A DNA stretch of 57,930 nt from Candidatus Uhrbacteria bacterium. Its GTDB lineage: Bacteria > Patescibacteriota > Patescibacteriia > UBA9934. The notes under the pieces were generated by a model, which saw only the letters and a program-made list of their open reading frames with translations, was not told the DNA's origin and did no database searches. The DNA lies in assembly GCA_943358395.1 (NCBI GenBank), contig CALRGY010000003.1, positions 1 to 57,930 on the forward strand, written 5' to 3'. Numbering within the stretch: the first letter of the stretch is position 1; each line of letters starts with the position of its first letter. The translations under genes and the position numbers were made by a program. Below, piece by piece: positions 1-8,853 of the stretch.

Positions 1-77
1 TGGCGGGACGGACGGGACTCGAACCCGCAACCTCTGCCGTGACAGGGCAGCGCTCTAACCAGTTGAGCTACCGACCC
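1..77 (-). tRNA. tRNA-Asp(GTC)
   Basis: Reverse complement GGGTCGGTAGCTCAACTGGTTAGAGCGCTGCCCT-GTC-ACGGCAGAGGTTGCGGGTTCGAGTCCCGTCCGTCCCGCCA folds as a cloverleaf. Encoded CCA, discriminator G73, U4:U69 mismatch in the acceptor stem. Confidence 0.97.
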
Positions 78-80
78 AGA

Positions 81-204
81 TTGAACGTCCACATTTGGTC
101 TATTTTGGATTCACTGCGTCGAAAATATGCTCAACGTACCAGGAAGTACGCCTCGCATATTTTCTCCTTGTTCATCCAAACTAGCCTCAAATGTGAACGC
201 TCAA
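81..204. repeat. Repeat family A copy 1 (~125-bp imperfect palindrome)
   Basis: Terminal inverted repeat ttgaacgtccacatttg/caaatgtgaacgctcaa and core caacgtaccaggaagtacgcctc (132-154), shared with six other loci. Confidence 0.85.
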
Positions 205-244
205 CTGAGTTTCAAGGGGATTTGGAACCACCTTGGGCGCAAAT

Positions 245-272
245 ATCGTATCACACTCATCGATTTTGACAA
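245..272 (-). promoter_or_regulatory. Putative sigma70 promoter of tRNA-Asp
   Basis: Minus strand TTGTCA-16 nt-TACGAT with a TG extension. Confidence 0.45.
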
Positions 273-378
273 GAAAAGGCTCCACTATTTCAAAGAAGAA
301 AAGTTTTCCACAGGAAGATGATGTGTCACCGTATTTCCCTGTATGCTTCTTGTATTAATCAACAATAATCACTTTCCT

Positions 379-603
379 ATGATGATGTGTAAAGGTGCAT
401 GCTCCGTTCACAAGGTTGCTGCAGCATTGGTGTGGGTAGGTGCCGTAAACTGGGGCTTGGTTGGATTCTTCCAGTGGAACCTGGTGCATTCACTCCTGGG
501 CAGCGTTTCGCCAATGCTCGAGAGCGTGGTGTACATGTTGGTTGGATTGTCCGCCGTCGCTATGTTGTTCTGCGGGAAGTGTAAGATGTGTAAGACATCC
601 TAA
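379..603 (+). CDS. DUF378 family small membrane protein
   Basis: Motif LVWVGAVNWGLVGFFQWNLV...VYMLVGLSA matches DUF378. Start uncertain (343 or 379). Confidence 0.8.
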   Translation: MMMCKGACSVHKVAAALVWVGAVNWGLVGFFQWNLVHSLLGSVSPMLESVVYMLVGLSAVAMLFCGKCKMCKTS

Positions 604-604
604 A

Positions 605-725
605 GAACTTTCCCATTTGGTCTCTTTCAACTTGTCGCAGCGGAAATTCGTTCAACGTACCGTTAAGTACGTCTCACGAAATTTCCTTGCTCCGCATCGA
701 AAATAGCCGCAAATGGAAAAAGTTC
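605..725. repeat. Repeat family A copy 2
   Basis: gaactttcccatttg...caacgtaccgttaagtacgtctc...caaatggaaaaagttc. Confidence 0.85.
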
Positions 726-737
726 CGAGTTCAATTC

Positions 738-767
738 AAAAAACACGATCATCATGATCGTGTTTTT
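738..767. terminator. Bidirectional intrinsic terminator between the DUF378 gene and pyk
   Basis: aaaaaacacgatc-atcat-gatcgtgttttt between convergent genes. Confidence 0.8.
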
Positions 768-774
768 GGTTGCG

Positions 775-2178
775 CTATCCACCGTACACAGTCAACGACA
801 ACGCTCCCCCGCCTCCGGTGATATACACGATGTGATCACGAGCCTTCATAAGACCTAAGCGAATGAGCATCGCGTGCGATCGGGGAAGGAACGTTCCTGC
901 GTCTAAGGGAAGAATAAAAGGAACAACACCGGCGGAAAGAATGATTTTTCGCGCAATGGATTCGTCTTCGCAACCGACGAAAATCGGAACGTGGGGGCGA
1001 TACCGTGGCAAAATCAAGGCAACATCCAAAAGCCCTGCTGGCACCACAATAGCGTCGATCAGTTCCCTGCTCGCCATAACGGCAACGCTGTGTGCAAAGG
1101 CATGCGCAGGGCTATCAACATCACTCGTTGGGATATCCACGGCATCAAATCGGGACTGCTCCGCTTCGTCAATCACCGCTGCCATCGCCTGCACCGTCGC
1201 TGCGGGGTATCGCCCAGATGCAGATTCTGCAGAAAGCATCACGGCATCGGCGTGGTCAAGCACCGCATTCGCGACGTCAGACACTTCAGCACGGGTAGCG
1301 CGAGGATTACGAGTCATCGAGTCCAGCATGTGAGTAGCAATGATCACCGGCTTTCCCGCACGCCGACATTTTTCGATAATCTCTTTTTGTACAATTGGCA
1401 CTTCCTCCATGGGAATTTCGAGTCCAAGATCGCCGCGCCCAAGCATAATTCCGTCAACGCATTCGAGAATATCGTCGAATCGCTCCACGGCAGCAGCAGT
1501 TTCTATTTTTGCCATCATCCATGGTGACAGCACACCGTGCGATCGAGCCGCAGACGTCGCAATCCGCCGAACATGCGTAACAACGTCGGGATTCGTAAGA
1601 AATGACAGCACCACCCAATCTACGCCATGCGCAACACCAAAGAGCAGATCCTCGTGGTCTTTTTCGGTAAAGGGATCAACGGTCACCTTCGTATCCGGCA
1701 AATTCATGCCCTTGCGCGACTTCAATAACCCGCCATGAACAACCTTTGTATGAATCACCCTTCCCTTCACGCCAGTCACGACCACTTCAAAAAAACCATC
1801 ATCAAGAAGAATGCGATGACCAGCGCGCACATCGCGATGCAAATTTTTATACGTCACCGGCAATGGCCCGTTGACGACGTAGCCGTCAATAGCCGTTGAA
1901 AAGGAAACCTTCTGCCCCTGATGCAATTCCACACCGCCCTCCGGCAATGCGCCAACGCGAATTTTTGGCCCCTGCAAATCCTGCAAAATTCCAACAGTCT
2001 TTCCTGCCTTTTTCGCACATGAACGAATATTCCTTAACAACACCTCATGTTCCGCATGCGTGCCATGCGAAAAATTCAATCGCGCCACATTCATCCCCGC
2101 CCGCATCATCCGCGTTAATACCGAAGGCGCCGAAGACGCCGGACCAATGGTGCACACAATTCTCGTCCTTCGACTCAT
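775..2178 (-). CDS. pyk: Pyruvate kinase
   Basis: TRIVCTIGPAS, ARLNFSHG, DLQGPKIR, AKIET, GIMLGRGDLG, ATHMLDSM..NPRATRAEVSDVANA. Start placed at MSRRTRI. Confidence 0.97.
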   Translation of the reverse strand: MSRRTRIVCTIGPASSAPSVLTRMMRAGMNVARLNFSHGTHAEHEVLLRNIRSCAKKAGKTVGILQDLQGPKIRVGALPEGGVELHQGQKVSFSTAIDGYVVNGPLPVTYKNLHRDVRAGHRILLDDGFFEVVVTGVKGRVIHTKVVHGGLLKSRKGMNLPDTKVTVDPFTEKDHEDLLFGVAHGVDWVVLSFLTNPDVVTHVRRIATSAARSHGVLSPWMMAKIETAAAVERFDDILECVDGIMLGRGDLGLEIPMEEVPIVQKEIIEKCRRAGKPVIIATHMLDSMTRNPRATRAEVSDVANAVLDHADAVMLSAESASGRYPAATVQAMAAVIDEAEQSRFDAVDIPTSDVDSPAHAFAHSVAVMASRELIDAIVVPAGLLDVALILPRYRPHVPIFVGCEDESIARKIILSAGVVPFILPLDAGTFLPRSHAMLIRLGLMKARDHIVYITGGGGALSLTVYGG

Positions 2179-2198
2179 ACGTGTGGAGTATACCATTC

Positions 2199-2657
2199 TC
2201 ACTTCCCCGACAAATTCTTCAATTCTTTTTCAAACATCTCTAAATCCTCAAATGATCGATACACAGAGGCGAAACGGATGTAGGCGACTTTATCGAAAGC
2301 TTTCAGCTGTTGCATAACAATTTCACCAATATGCAAGCTGGTAATTTCTCCCCCACGTACTTTTTGAATCTCTCGTTCAATCGTGTGAACAAGGGAATAA
2401 AATTGATTTTGCGTGTACGGGCGCTTTTCTAGCGATTTTCGTAACCCCACAGCAAGCTTGTCGCGCGAATACGGATCACGTCTGCCGTTGCGCTTAATGA
2501 CGGCGCAATCCATAAGCTCTACCTCTTCCTGCGTACTAAACCGAAATGCGCATCGCGCCTTTTCACACTCTCTCCGCCTTCGCACCGCCATACCATCTTG
2601 CGACAGCCGAGAGTCGATGACTTTGGTGGACTTGTAGTCGCAGACAGGGCATCTCAT
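2199..2657 (-). CDS. nrdR: Transcriptional repressor NrdR
   Basis: MRCPVC..KVIDSR..RRRREC..C..RFST zinc ribbon, ATP cone, VAYIRFASVYRSF. Confidence 0.97.
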   Translation of the reverse strand: MRCPVCDYKSTKVIDSRLSQDGMAVRRRRECEKARCAFRFSTQEEVELMDCAVIKRNGRRDPYSRDKLAVGLRKSLEKRPYTQNQFYSLVHTIEREIQKVRGGEITSLHIGEIVMQQLKAFDKVAYIRFASVYRSFEDLEMFEKELKNLSGK

Positions 2658-2661
2658 AACG

Positions 2662-3996
2662 CTACATCATCTTCCTTCTGATAAACGCAGGGATGCCAAA
2701 GTCATCCTCACTCTTTTGCGGGGGCTGCTGCACAGGTGGCACCGGTTGTTGTACTGATTGGCGTTCCTCGATAGGTTGCTGACGGAAACGGGGCTCCGAC
2801 GGGATCACATCGGAAAGCGCAGAAACGCGGGATTGTTGCATGGGCTGAGGTTCTTGGTACGCCTCACGCTCTTGTGGCGCAGGAGCAGAAGGAACCTTTC
2901 GCGATTCAAATGGCGTTTCATACGGTGCAGCCACACGCGTGGTGCCGCGGAAATCGTCACGACGAGAGACAGGAGTCGGTGACCACGTGGAGCGCGGTGC
3001 AATCTCTACATCTCCTGCCAAGCTTGGCGCACGGCGCATTTCCCGGTTATCAAACCCTGTCGCGACAACGGTAATTCGTACCTCATCACCCATGGTTTCG
3101 TCGATATTTGCACCAAAGATCACACGGGCATCGTCGTCGGCTGAACCGGTAATAATTTTTGCCGCTTCCGCAACTTCGTACATCGCCAAGTCTGGGCCAC
3201 CAGTCACCGTAAACAAAATACCCTTTGCGCCGTCGATGGAAATTTCCAACAGCGGACTCGCAATAGCCTGCTTCGCCGCATCCACCGCACGATTCTCCCC
3301 CGAAGCTCGCCCAATACCCATCAAGGCACTACCAGCATTCGCCATAATCGCCTTCACGTCCGCAAAGTCTACGTTAATCAATCCCGGCAACGTGATAATT
3401 TCAGCAATGCCTTGCACACCTTGGCTCAACACGGCATCCACAATTTTAAACGCATCAAGGAGCGATGTTTTCTTGTCGATAATTTGGAGCACCCGATCGT
3501 TCGGAATCGTAATCACCGTATCAACGTGCTGAGCAAGTTCCTGATACGCATCCTCCGCAATACGTTTACGCTGAGCGCCTTCAAAGCCAAACGGCTTGGT
3601 GACGACTGCAATCGTCAACGCCCCAACTTCACGCGCGATCTTTGCAATCTCTGGAATAGCTCCGCTCCCAGTGCCGCCGCCAAGCCCACAGGTCAGGAAC
3701 ACCATGTCTGCGCCGGTAATAGCATTACGCAAATCGTTCGCATTTTCTTCTGCACTCCGCCGGCCCATTTCCGGATTCATTCCAGCACCCAAACCACGAG
3801 TCACCGTTTTTCCGATTGCAATTTTGATTGCAGCCAAATTGGTATGCAATGCTTGGGCATCTGTATTCACCGCAATAAAATCCACTCCACGCAAATTTGA
3901 CGCAATCATGCGGCTTAATGCAGAGCCACCCCCACCACCAACCCCAATCACCTTAATCTTTGCACACGTTTCAATATCGGGCTTTATTTGTGCCAT
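2662..3996 (-). CDS. ftsZ: Cell division protein FtsZ
   Basis: GLGGGTGSG tubulin signature, INVDFADV, C-terminal IPAFIRRK peptide. Confidence 0.98.
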   Translation of the reverse strand: MAQIKPDIETCAKIKVIGVGGGGGSALSRMIASNLRGVDFIAVNTDAQALHTNLAAIKIAIGKTVTRGLGAGMNPEMGRRSAEENANDLRNAITGADMVFLTCGLGGGTGSGAIPEIAKIAREVGALTIAVVTKPFGFEGAQRKRIAEDAYQELAQHVDTVITIPNDRVLQIIDKKTSLLDAFKIVDAVLSQGVQGIAEIITLPGLINVDFADVKAIMANAGSALMGIGRASGENRAVDAAKQAIASPLLEISIDGAKGILFTVTGGPDLAMYEVAEAAKIITGSADDDARVIFGANIDETMGDEVRITVVATGFDNREMRRAPSLAGDVEIAPRSTWSPTPVSRRDDFRGTTRVAAPYETPFESRKVPSAPAPQEREAYQEPQPMQQSRVSALSDVIPSEPRFRQQPIEERQSVQQPVPPVQQPPQKSEDDFGIPAFIRRKMM

Positions 3997-4074
3997 AGCG
4001 AAGGAGAAGAATGGAGAAATGTCTTATGTAATGGTATCAATATCTCCGCATTTTGCCCATTCCTTCACTTTTTT

Positions 4075-5334
4075 CTACGGTACCAGTGATTTCATCCACT
4101 TCCGCAATTGATCGGCGACTTTATCCACGGACTTAAATTTCAAGAGGGATCCGAGGGAGAACTTCCTTTTGCCAACGCCACGAATAGCATTCCCCCATAC
4201 GGCTAAACCGATCGCTGTTGCGAATGCAGGGTCGTGAACCTCATCGATCACACTAGAAACGCTTGTGGGAATACCCAGCGAGCACGGCAAACGAAGGATA
4301 CGCTTCGCAACGTCCACCACCCCCTCAAGCTTCACCGCTCCCCCCGTCAGCACTGCACCAACCGGCAACATTCCAGAACGATCAATCTTCCGCAGCTCAT
4401 TATCTGCAGCTTCAAAAATTTCTTCTAACCGCGCTTCAATAATTTCGGCAATAAATCGCTGCTTCACCATTTCCTCGCTTTCTACTCCAAAGTCTGCAAG
4501 CGCAAACTGTGCCTTACGGTCAACGCGATCTGGCAACGCTTGACCATATTGCACCTTAATATGCTCCGCAACATCAATAGACGTTCGTAACCCAATCGCA
4601 ATGTCGTTCGTAATATGGTCGCCACCAAACGGCAGCACCGCCGTGTGAAGCAAATCCCCCTCTTCAAACACCGCGAGCGTGGTGGACGACGCACCGACGT
4701 TCAATACACATACGCCAAGCTCTTTCTGCCGCTGAGTGACGACGGCTTCTGCAGTAGCAAGCGGCGTGTACACAAGGTCGTCGATATCTAAACCGGTACG
4801 ATAAACGCTTTTTGTGAGATTCTTAATGTGCGATGCCAGTGCTTCGATGATGAGCGCGTCAACCTCCAACCGAATGCCATTCATCCCCACCGGATCCTTC
4901 ACGCCCCGCTGACCATCGACGGTAAAACTCTTTGGAATAACGTGCAAAATATCGTAATTTGTGGGAGTAGCAACGGAACGCGCCGCTTCCATGGCGCGCT
5001 CAACATCTTCCTCTTTCATTTCAGCATCGGTACGCGAAACCCCAATCACTCCACGACTCTCTTGCACAAGAATGCTTTGCCCCGCAATGCCAACCCACGC
5101 ACTATTAATGGCAACACCGGTCATGCGCTCCGCCTTTTCCAAGGCTTTTGAAATCGACGAGACCGCATCTTCTAAACTGGAAATCGCTCCACGATGCACG
5201 CCGAACGATGGGGACGATACCGCACCAATCACATGAAGACGGGGTTTCCCATCTTCGCCCGGCATCATCTGAAGAACCGCAACGCGAATCGTTGATGATC
5301 CAATGTCTAAACCGGTAAGAATATCGTCAGCCAT
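4075..5334 (-). CDS. ftsA: Cell division protein FtsA
   Basis: GLDIGSSTI, DPVGMNGIRLEV, GGDHITNDIA, VLTGG; directly upstream of ftsZ. Confidence 0.97.
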   Translation of the reverse strand: MADDILTGLDIGSSTIRVAVLQMMPGEDGKPRLHVIGAVSSPSFGVHRGAISSLEDAVSSISKALEKAERMTGVAINSAWVGIAGQSILVQESRGVIGVSRTDAEMKEEDVERAMEAARSVATPTNYDILHVIPKSFTVDGQRGVKDPVGMNGIRLEVDALIIEALASHIKNLTKSVYRTGLDIDDLVYTPLATAEAVVTQRQKELGVCVLNVGASSTTLAVFEEGDLLHTAVLPFGGDHITNDIAIGLRTSIDVAEHIKVQYGQALPDRVDRKAQFALADFGVESEEMVKQRFIAEIIEARLEEIFEAADNELRKIDRSGMLPVGAVLTGGAVKLEGVVDVAKRILRLPCSLGIPTSVSSVIDEVHDPAFATAIGLAVWGNAIRGVGKRKFSLGSLLKFKSVDKVADQLRKWMKSLVP

Positions 5335-5361
5335 AAAGCAACGAACGCAAATTCGAACGAA

Positions 5362-5757
5362 TTATAACACAATCGCAAACCATAACTTCTGGAGGGTTGG
5401 CGCAATATGTGGCCAAAAAATACAGTACCCCACAAACACCGAAGCAAGAGCAGTAAGAAACACTGCGCCAGCCATCATGTCTTTAATATCTTTCACCATG
5501 GGGCTTACGCGAGGCTCGACCGCATCTGCAAGGCGCTCAAGAATGCTATTCACAATTTCAAGCACCAGCACTGCAACCACCATGAACGTGAGCGCAACAC
5601 GCTCCCAAATTTGTAACGATGGCATGACGATCATCAGCCCAAACACCACGGCTGCCGCAAGCATCTGCACGCGAAAGCTCTGCTCTTCTTCTGCGATGCG
5701 CACAATGCCAGCAATGGCATGCCTCACGCTTTTTTGAAACGAATGGAAAGAAATCAT
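5362..5757 (-). CDS. dgkA: Diacylglycerol/undecaprenol kinase family (DgkA)
   Basis: SVRHAIAGI, E..F, LEIVNSILERLAD, KDMMAGAV; follows ybeY. Confidence 0.9.
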   Translation of the reverse strand: MISFHSFQKSVRHAIAGIVRIAEEEQSFRVQMLAAAVVFGLMIVMPSLQIWERVALTFMVVAVLVLEIVNSILERLADAVEPRVSPMVKDIKDMMAGAVFLTALASVFVGYCIFWPHIAPTLQKLWFAIVL

Positions 5758-6176
5758 AGGGCAGCATTCACAAGGATATCTTGAAGAGGAAACATCACTG
5801 CAGCATCCTCCGGCTTTTCATGATCGTACCCAAGAATGTGCAGAATTCCGTGCACGATAAGGTCGACAAGCTCTAACGTCACATCGTTCTCCTCAGATTG
5901 GCGGACGGCTTGATCGAACGAAATAACAACGTCGCCGAGCACACCGGTGTGATTGCCAAAGTCTGACGCAAACGACAAAACGTCCGTTACGGCATCTTTC
6001 CCACGATAGACCCGATTCAATCGACGAATCTCCGCATCGTCGACGTACGAAATGCCGATGGTTCCCTGGAGCTCTGGAAACCGATGTGCAAACGCCTCAA
6101 GAATCCGACGAGAGGTTTCTTCGGATAATCGGTCACCATTCGGCACACTATCATCTACAATATCAAGGGTAATCAT
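5754..6176 (-). CDS. ybeY: rRNA maturation RNase YbeY
   Basis: LNRVYRGKDAVTDVLSF, GDVVIS, HGILHILGYDH. Confidence 0.96.
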   Translation of the reverse strand: MITLDIVDDSVPNGDRLSEETSRRILEAFAHRFPELQGTIGISYVDDAEIRRLNRVYRGKDAVTDVLSFASDFGNHTGVLGDVVISFDQAVRQSEENDVTLELVDLIVHGILHILGYDHEKPEDAAVMFPLQDILVNAAL

Positions 6177-7126
6177 GGTGCAAGATGAAAACTGTTTACC
6201 ATCATGGCAAACGTTTGAACATATGAAATCTCCAGAGATCCGTTCAATGCATACGTAAACGCATACACGTGCGTGCCGCCGTCCACATACGCCACCAAGT
6301 CATCTTTGCTCCGCAATGTGTAATACCCTTCCTTGGTATACGACGACTTGAGCGTGGAAATATCCGCATCCTTCACATGTTTCAGCACCCAATCTTCCAC
6401 GGTTAAATCTGTATCTTTTGCTCCCCATGCAATCGTCACCGATGCAAGCGCAGATGTTTTGAACGTCACCATATTCTTCGCAGTATCCAAAGACTGTTTC
6501 CAGCTCAACGGGTAATACACGGTGAACGGCAATGCAGCGTCGGTGAAAATCTTTACCGCACCCGTATCAAGAAGTGTGGATGGAGAGAGTCCATTTGGAT
6601 CATACCGATGAAACACCTCGTTTCCATCAAGAAACGTATCGCCATCAGAATCGGGATTCCGATAATCCGTTCCGTACATCCGCTCTTCAATATCGGTAAT
6701 GCCATCGCTATCAGAATCTGTAGACTGAACAGGAACCTTTGGCTTCTCTATAACCGTTGGGGTTTTTATCGGCTCCGTTACGGGCAATGGCGTGGTAATC
6801 ACGGGCGCAACAGGAACAGGTTGTGGAGTGGACTTCGTGAAAACAACATACGCCACAGCCCCCACAGCAAGAAGAAACACCACCGCAAGCACAATCCATA
6901 ATGCCAATGGCACACGACGCTGTTTCACGGGAGGGATGATGACTTTCGGCGCAATCGGTATCACCGGAATCGGTACAGGAGGCGCTTGCTCAACACGAAG
7001 CTTAGCGTCTTTCCCCAAAAAATCTCGAGGCATCGCATGAATGACCACACCCAAATCCTCTACAGGCTTTTCTAAAGATGCAGGAGAAATCGATGACGAG
7101 GATTTTTTCCCTCCAAAAAATCCCAT
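6173..7126 (-). CDS. Single-pass membrane protein with thrombospondin type-3-like Ca-binding repeats
   Basis: Transmembrane segment LALWIVLAVVFLLAVGAVAYVVF, Pro/Thr linker, DSDSDGITDIEERMYGTD..NPDSDGDTFLDGNEV. Confidence 0.8.
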   Translation of the reverse strand: MGFFGGKKSSSSISPASLEKPVEDLGVVIHAMPRDFLGKDAKLRVEQAPPVPIPVIPIAPKVIIPPVKQRRVPLALWIVLAVVFLLAVGAVAYVVFTKSTPQPVPVAPVITTPLPVTEPIKTPTVIEKPKVPVQSTDSDSDGITDIEERMYGTDYRNPDSDGDTFLDGNEVFHRYDPNGLSPSTLLDTGAVKIFTDAALPFTVYYPLSWKQSLDTAKNMVTFKTSALASVTIAWGAKDTDLTVEDWVLKHVKDADISTLKSSYTKEGYYTLRSKDDLVAYVDGGTHVYAFTYALNGSLEISYVQTFAMMVNSFHLAP

Positions 7127-7132
7127 ATGCGT

Positions 7133-7789
7133 TTAGCTGCCTTGGGGAACGGTGAATAATTTTCCAGCACCATTCGGGTTGTACCCACCAGACACTTCTT
7201 GCCCATCCAAATATCCATCCCCGTCTGTATCTGTTTTCCGTGGATCCGTTGCATATACCTCTACCTCTTCTTTATCCCCAAGCCCATCCCCATCTGTATC
7301 CGCTTTCGTTACCGATGTACCAACTTCCAACTCTCGCGCATTCGTTAACCCATCCCCATCACTATCAAGCAACGACGACGGATTCTTTGTTTCTGTTGGC
7401 GTGATCTCTCCCCCATTTATGGGGGAGTTAGGAGGGGGCTGGGAGCCGGAGGGGGCTTTTTCCGATACTGGCTTTTCACCATCATCCTTCACCCCAGTAT
7501 CCGGCACCGCATTCACCACACTATCCGGCACCGCCGGCTGCACCATAATGCGATACGCAAAGAAACCAGAGACACCAAGAATAACAAGAATGCCAGCAAT
7601 AATTGCAACAATCTTCAACGTACCCCCGCCTCCTCGATGTTCCATCATCGGCGCGCTATTCATCGACGACTGCCCATAATCCGCCGGCAATTTCGTTGGT
7701 GGCGGCACAATCTGCGCAGGCTCTGCTTGCGGTGTTGGTGAAACCTTCTCCACACCCTCAAACATGTCTTTTGGCTCGTCATCAAACAT
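7133..7789 (-). CDS. Single-pass membrane protein with three TSP3-like repeats
   Basis: Transmembrane segment IVAIIAGILVILGVSGFFAY; DSDGDGLTNARE..GT, DTDGDGLGDKEE, DTDGDGYLDGQEV..GYNPNG. Confidence 0.82.
   Translation of the reverse strand: MFDDEPKDMFEGVEKVSPTPQAEPAQIVPPPTKLPADYGQSSMNSAPMMEHRGGGGTLKIVAIIAGILVILGVSGFFAYRIMVQPAVPDSVVNAVPDTGVKDDGEKPVSEKAPSGSQPPPNSPINGGEITPTETKNPSSLLDSDGDGLTNARELEVGTSVTKADTDGDGLGDKEEVEVYATDPRKTDTDGDGYLDGQEVSGGYNPNGAGKLFTVPQGS
7406..7457. repeat. Repeat family B (C-run/G-run REP-like hairpin) copy 1, in frame inside a CDS
   Basis: ctctcccccatttatgggggagttaggagggggctgggagccggagggggct; nearly identical to intergenic copies at 26469, 32876 and 8751. Confidence 0.8.
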
Positions 7790-7812
7790 AGAATAGAATT
7801 TGGAGAACTTTC

Positions 7813-8634
7813 TTATTTTAATGGATCGTGTTTCGACTCTACCTCTTCCCCATCAGTATACCCGTCTCCGTCCGTATCCGCATTCACATCAGACGTTCCG
7901 AGGACTGCTTCGTCGAATAAGTTCAAACCATCCTTGTCTTGATCGAGAGAAACAAAGATATCTGCACAGCTTGCTGCCTGCTCGCCGGAAAATTGTGCAC
8001 AGCCGTCGGGTTTACCGGCAGCAATAACCGATTGGATTCTCTTCGAGAATGAGCACTCGTCATCCGAAACGCCATACTTCGCACATTCCCCTGCTGCAAC
8101 CACTGCCGAGAGCAATTGCGACTGACATGACGCACGGATCGCTGCATCGGTAATAGACGAACACATGCTGTAATTCTTCGCCTTTCGTGCTGCAAGAAGT
8201 GTGGCGTTATCCGTACACTGTACTTCATCGGCGCCCGAAAGCTGTGCACATGCCGCCGCACTTTCCGCATCTAATGCAATCAACGAAACACAATTCACTA
8301 ATTCTTCCCCCACCAACGCACTACACACACTCGCTTGCCCCGTGGCGCGCGCCGCATCGGAACGCGCAGTGTTTTCACATGCCTCTGGATCTGCATCCCC
8401 AGCACAAGATGCAACAGCATTCGCGATAATCGTATTCGCTTGTTCCACCTTTGCCACATCCACATGCGTGAGCGAATACGTTTGCCATGCGTAATACCCA
8501 ATCACTCCAATACCAACCATAATCCCAAACCCCGCAAGCATCCGCATCTGGTGCTTCCGCACCCTCCACCACGGAAGAACAACAGGTGTCTGTTCATCGA
8601 GTGAGAAGTAGTTTTGGTTGTTGGGATCGATCAT
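7813..8634 (-). CDS. Membrane-anchored Cys-rich helical repeat protein with C-terminal TSP3 repeats
   Basis: Transmembrane segment MLAGFGIMVGIGVIGYYAW; recurring Cys pairs about 10-11 aa apart; DQDKDGLN..GT..DTDGDGYTDGEEV. Start trimmed to MIDPNN because the upstream extension is translated repeat B. Confidence 0.75.
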   Translation of the reverse strand: MIDPNNQNYFSLDEQTPVVLPWWRVRKHQMRMLAGFGIMVGIGVIGYYAWQTYSLTHVDVAKVEQANTIIANAVASCAGDADPEACENTARSDAARATGQASVCSALVGEELVNCVSLIALDAESAAACAQLSGADEVQCTDNATLLAARKAKNYSMCSSITDAAIRASCQSQLLSAVVAAGECAKYGVSDDECSFSKRIQSVIAAGKPDGCAQFSGEQAASCADIFVSLDQDKDGLNLFDEAVLGTSDVNADTDGDGYTDGEEVESKHDPLK

Positions 8635-8670
8635 AGAGTTTCGAAAATGGATCACTGTCCCCCGATCACG

Positions 8671-8722
8671 AGCCCCCTCTAATCCCCCTCCTCCCCCTAA
8701 CCCCTCCATAAATGGAGGGGAG
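8671..8722. repeat. Repeat family B copy 2
   Basis: agccccctctaatccccctcctccccctaacccctccataaatggaggggag. Confidence 0.75.
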
Positions 8723-8750
8723 TTCACAATCGAGATTCATCTCTTTGCTT

Positions 8751-8832
8751 CTCTCCCCCATTTACCTGTCCCCACGAAGCTTTAGCGAAGTGGGATGGGG
8801 GAGTAAGGAGGGGGTGGGAGTCGGAGGGGGCT
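8751..8832. repeat. Repeat family B copy 3 with nested 31-bp element (8765-8795)
   Basis: ctctcccccattta[cctgtccccacgaagctttagcgaagtggga]tgggggagtaaggagggggtgggagtcggagggggct. Confidence 0.8.
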
Positions 8833-8853
8833 GAGCCGCAAAGAGTCGAGAAA

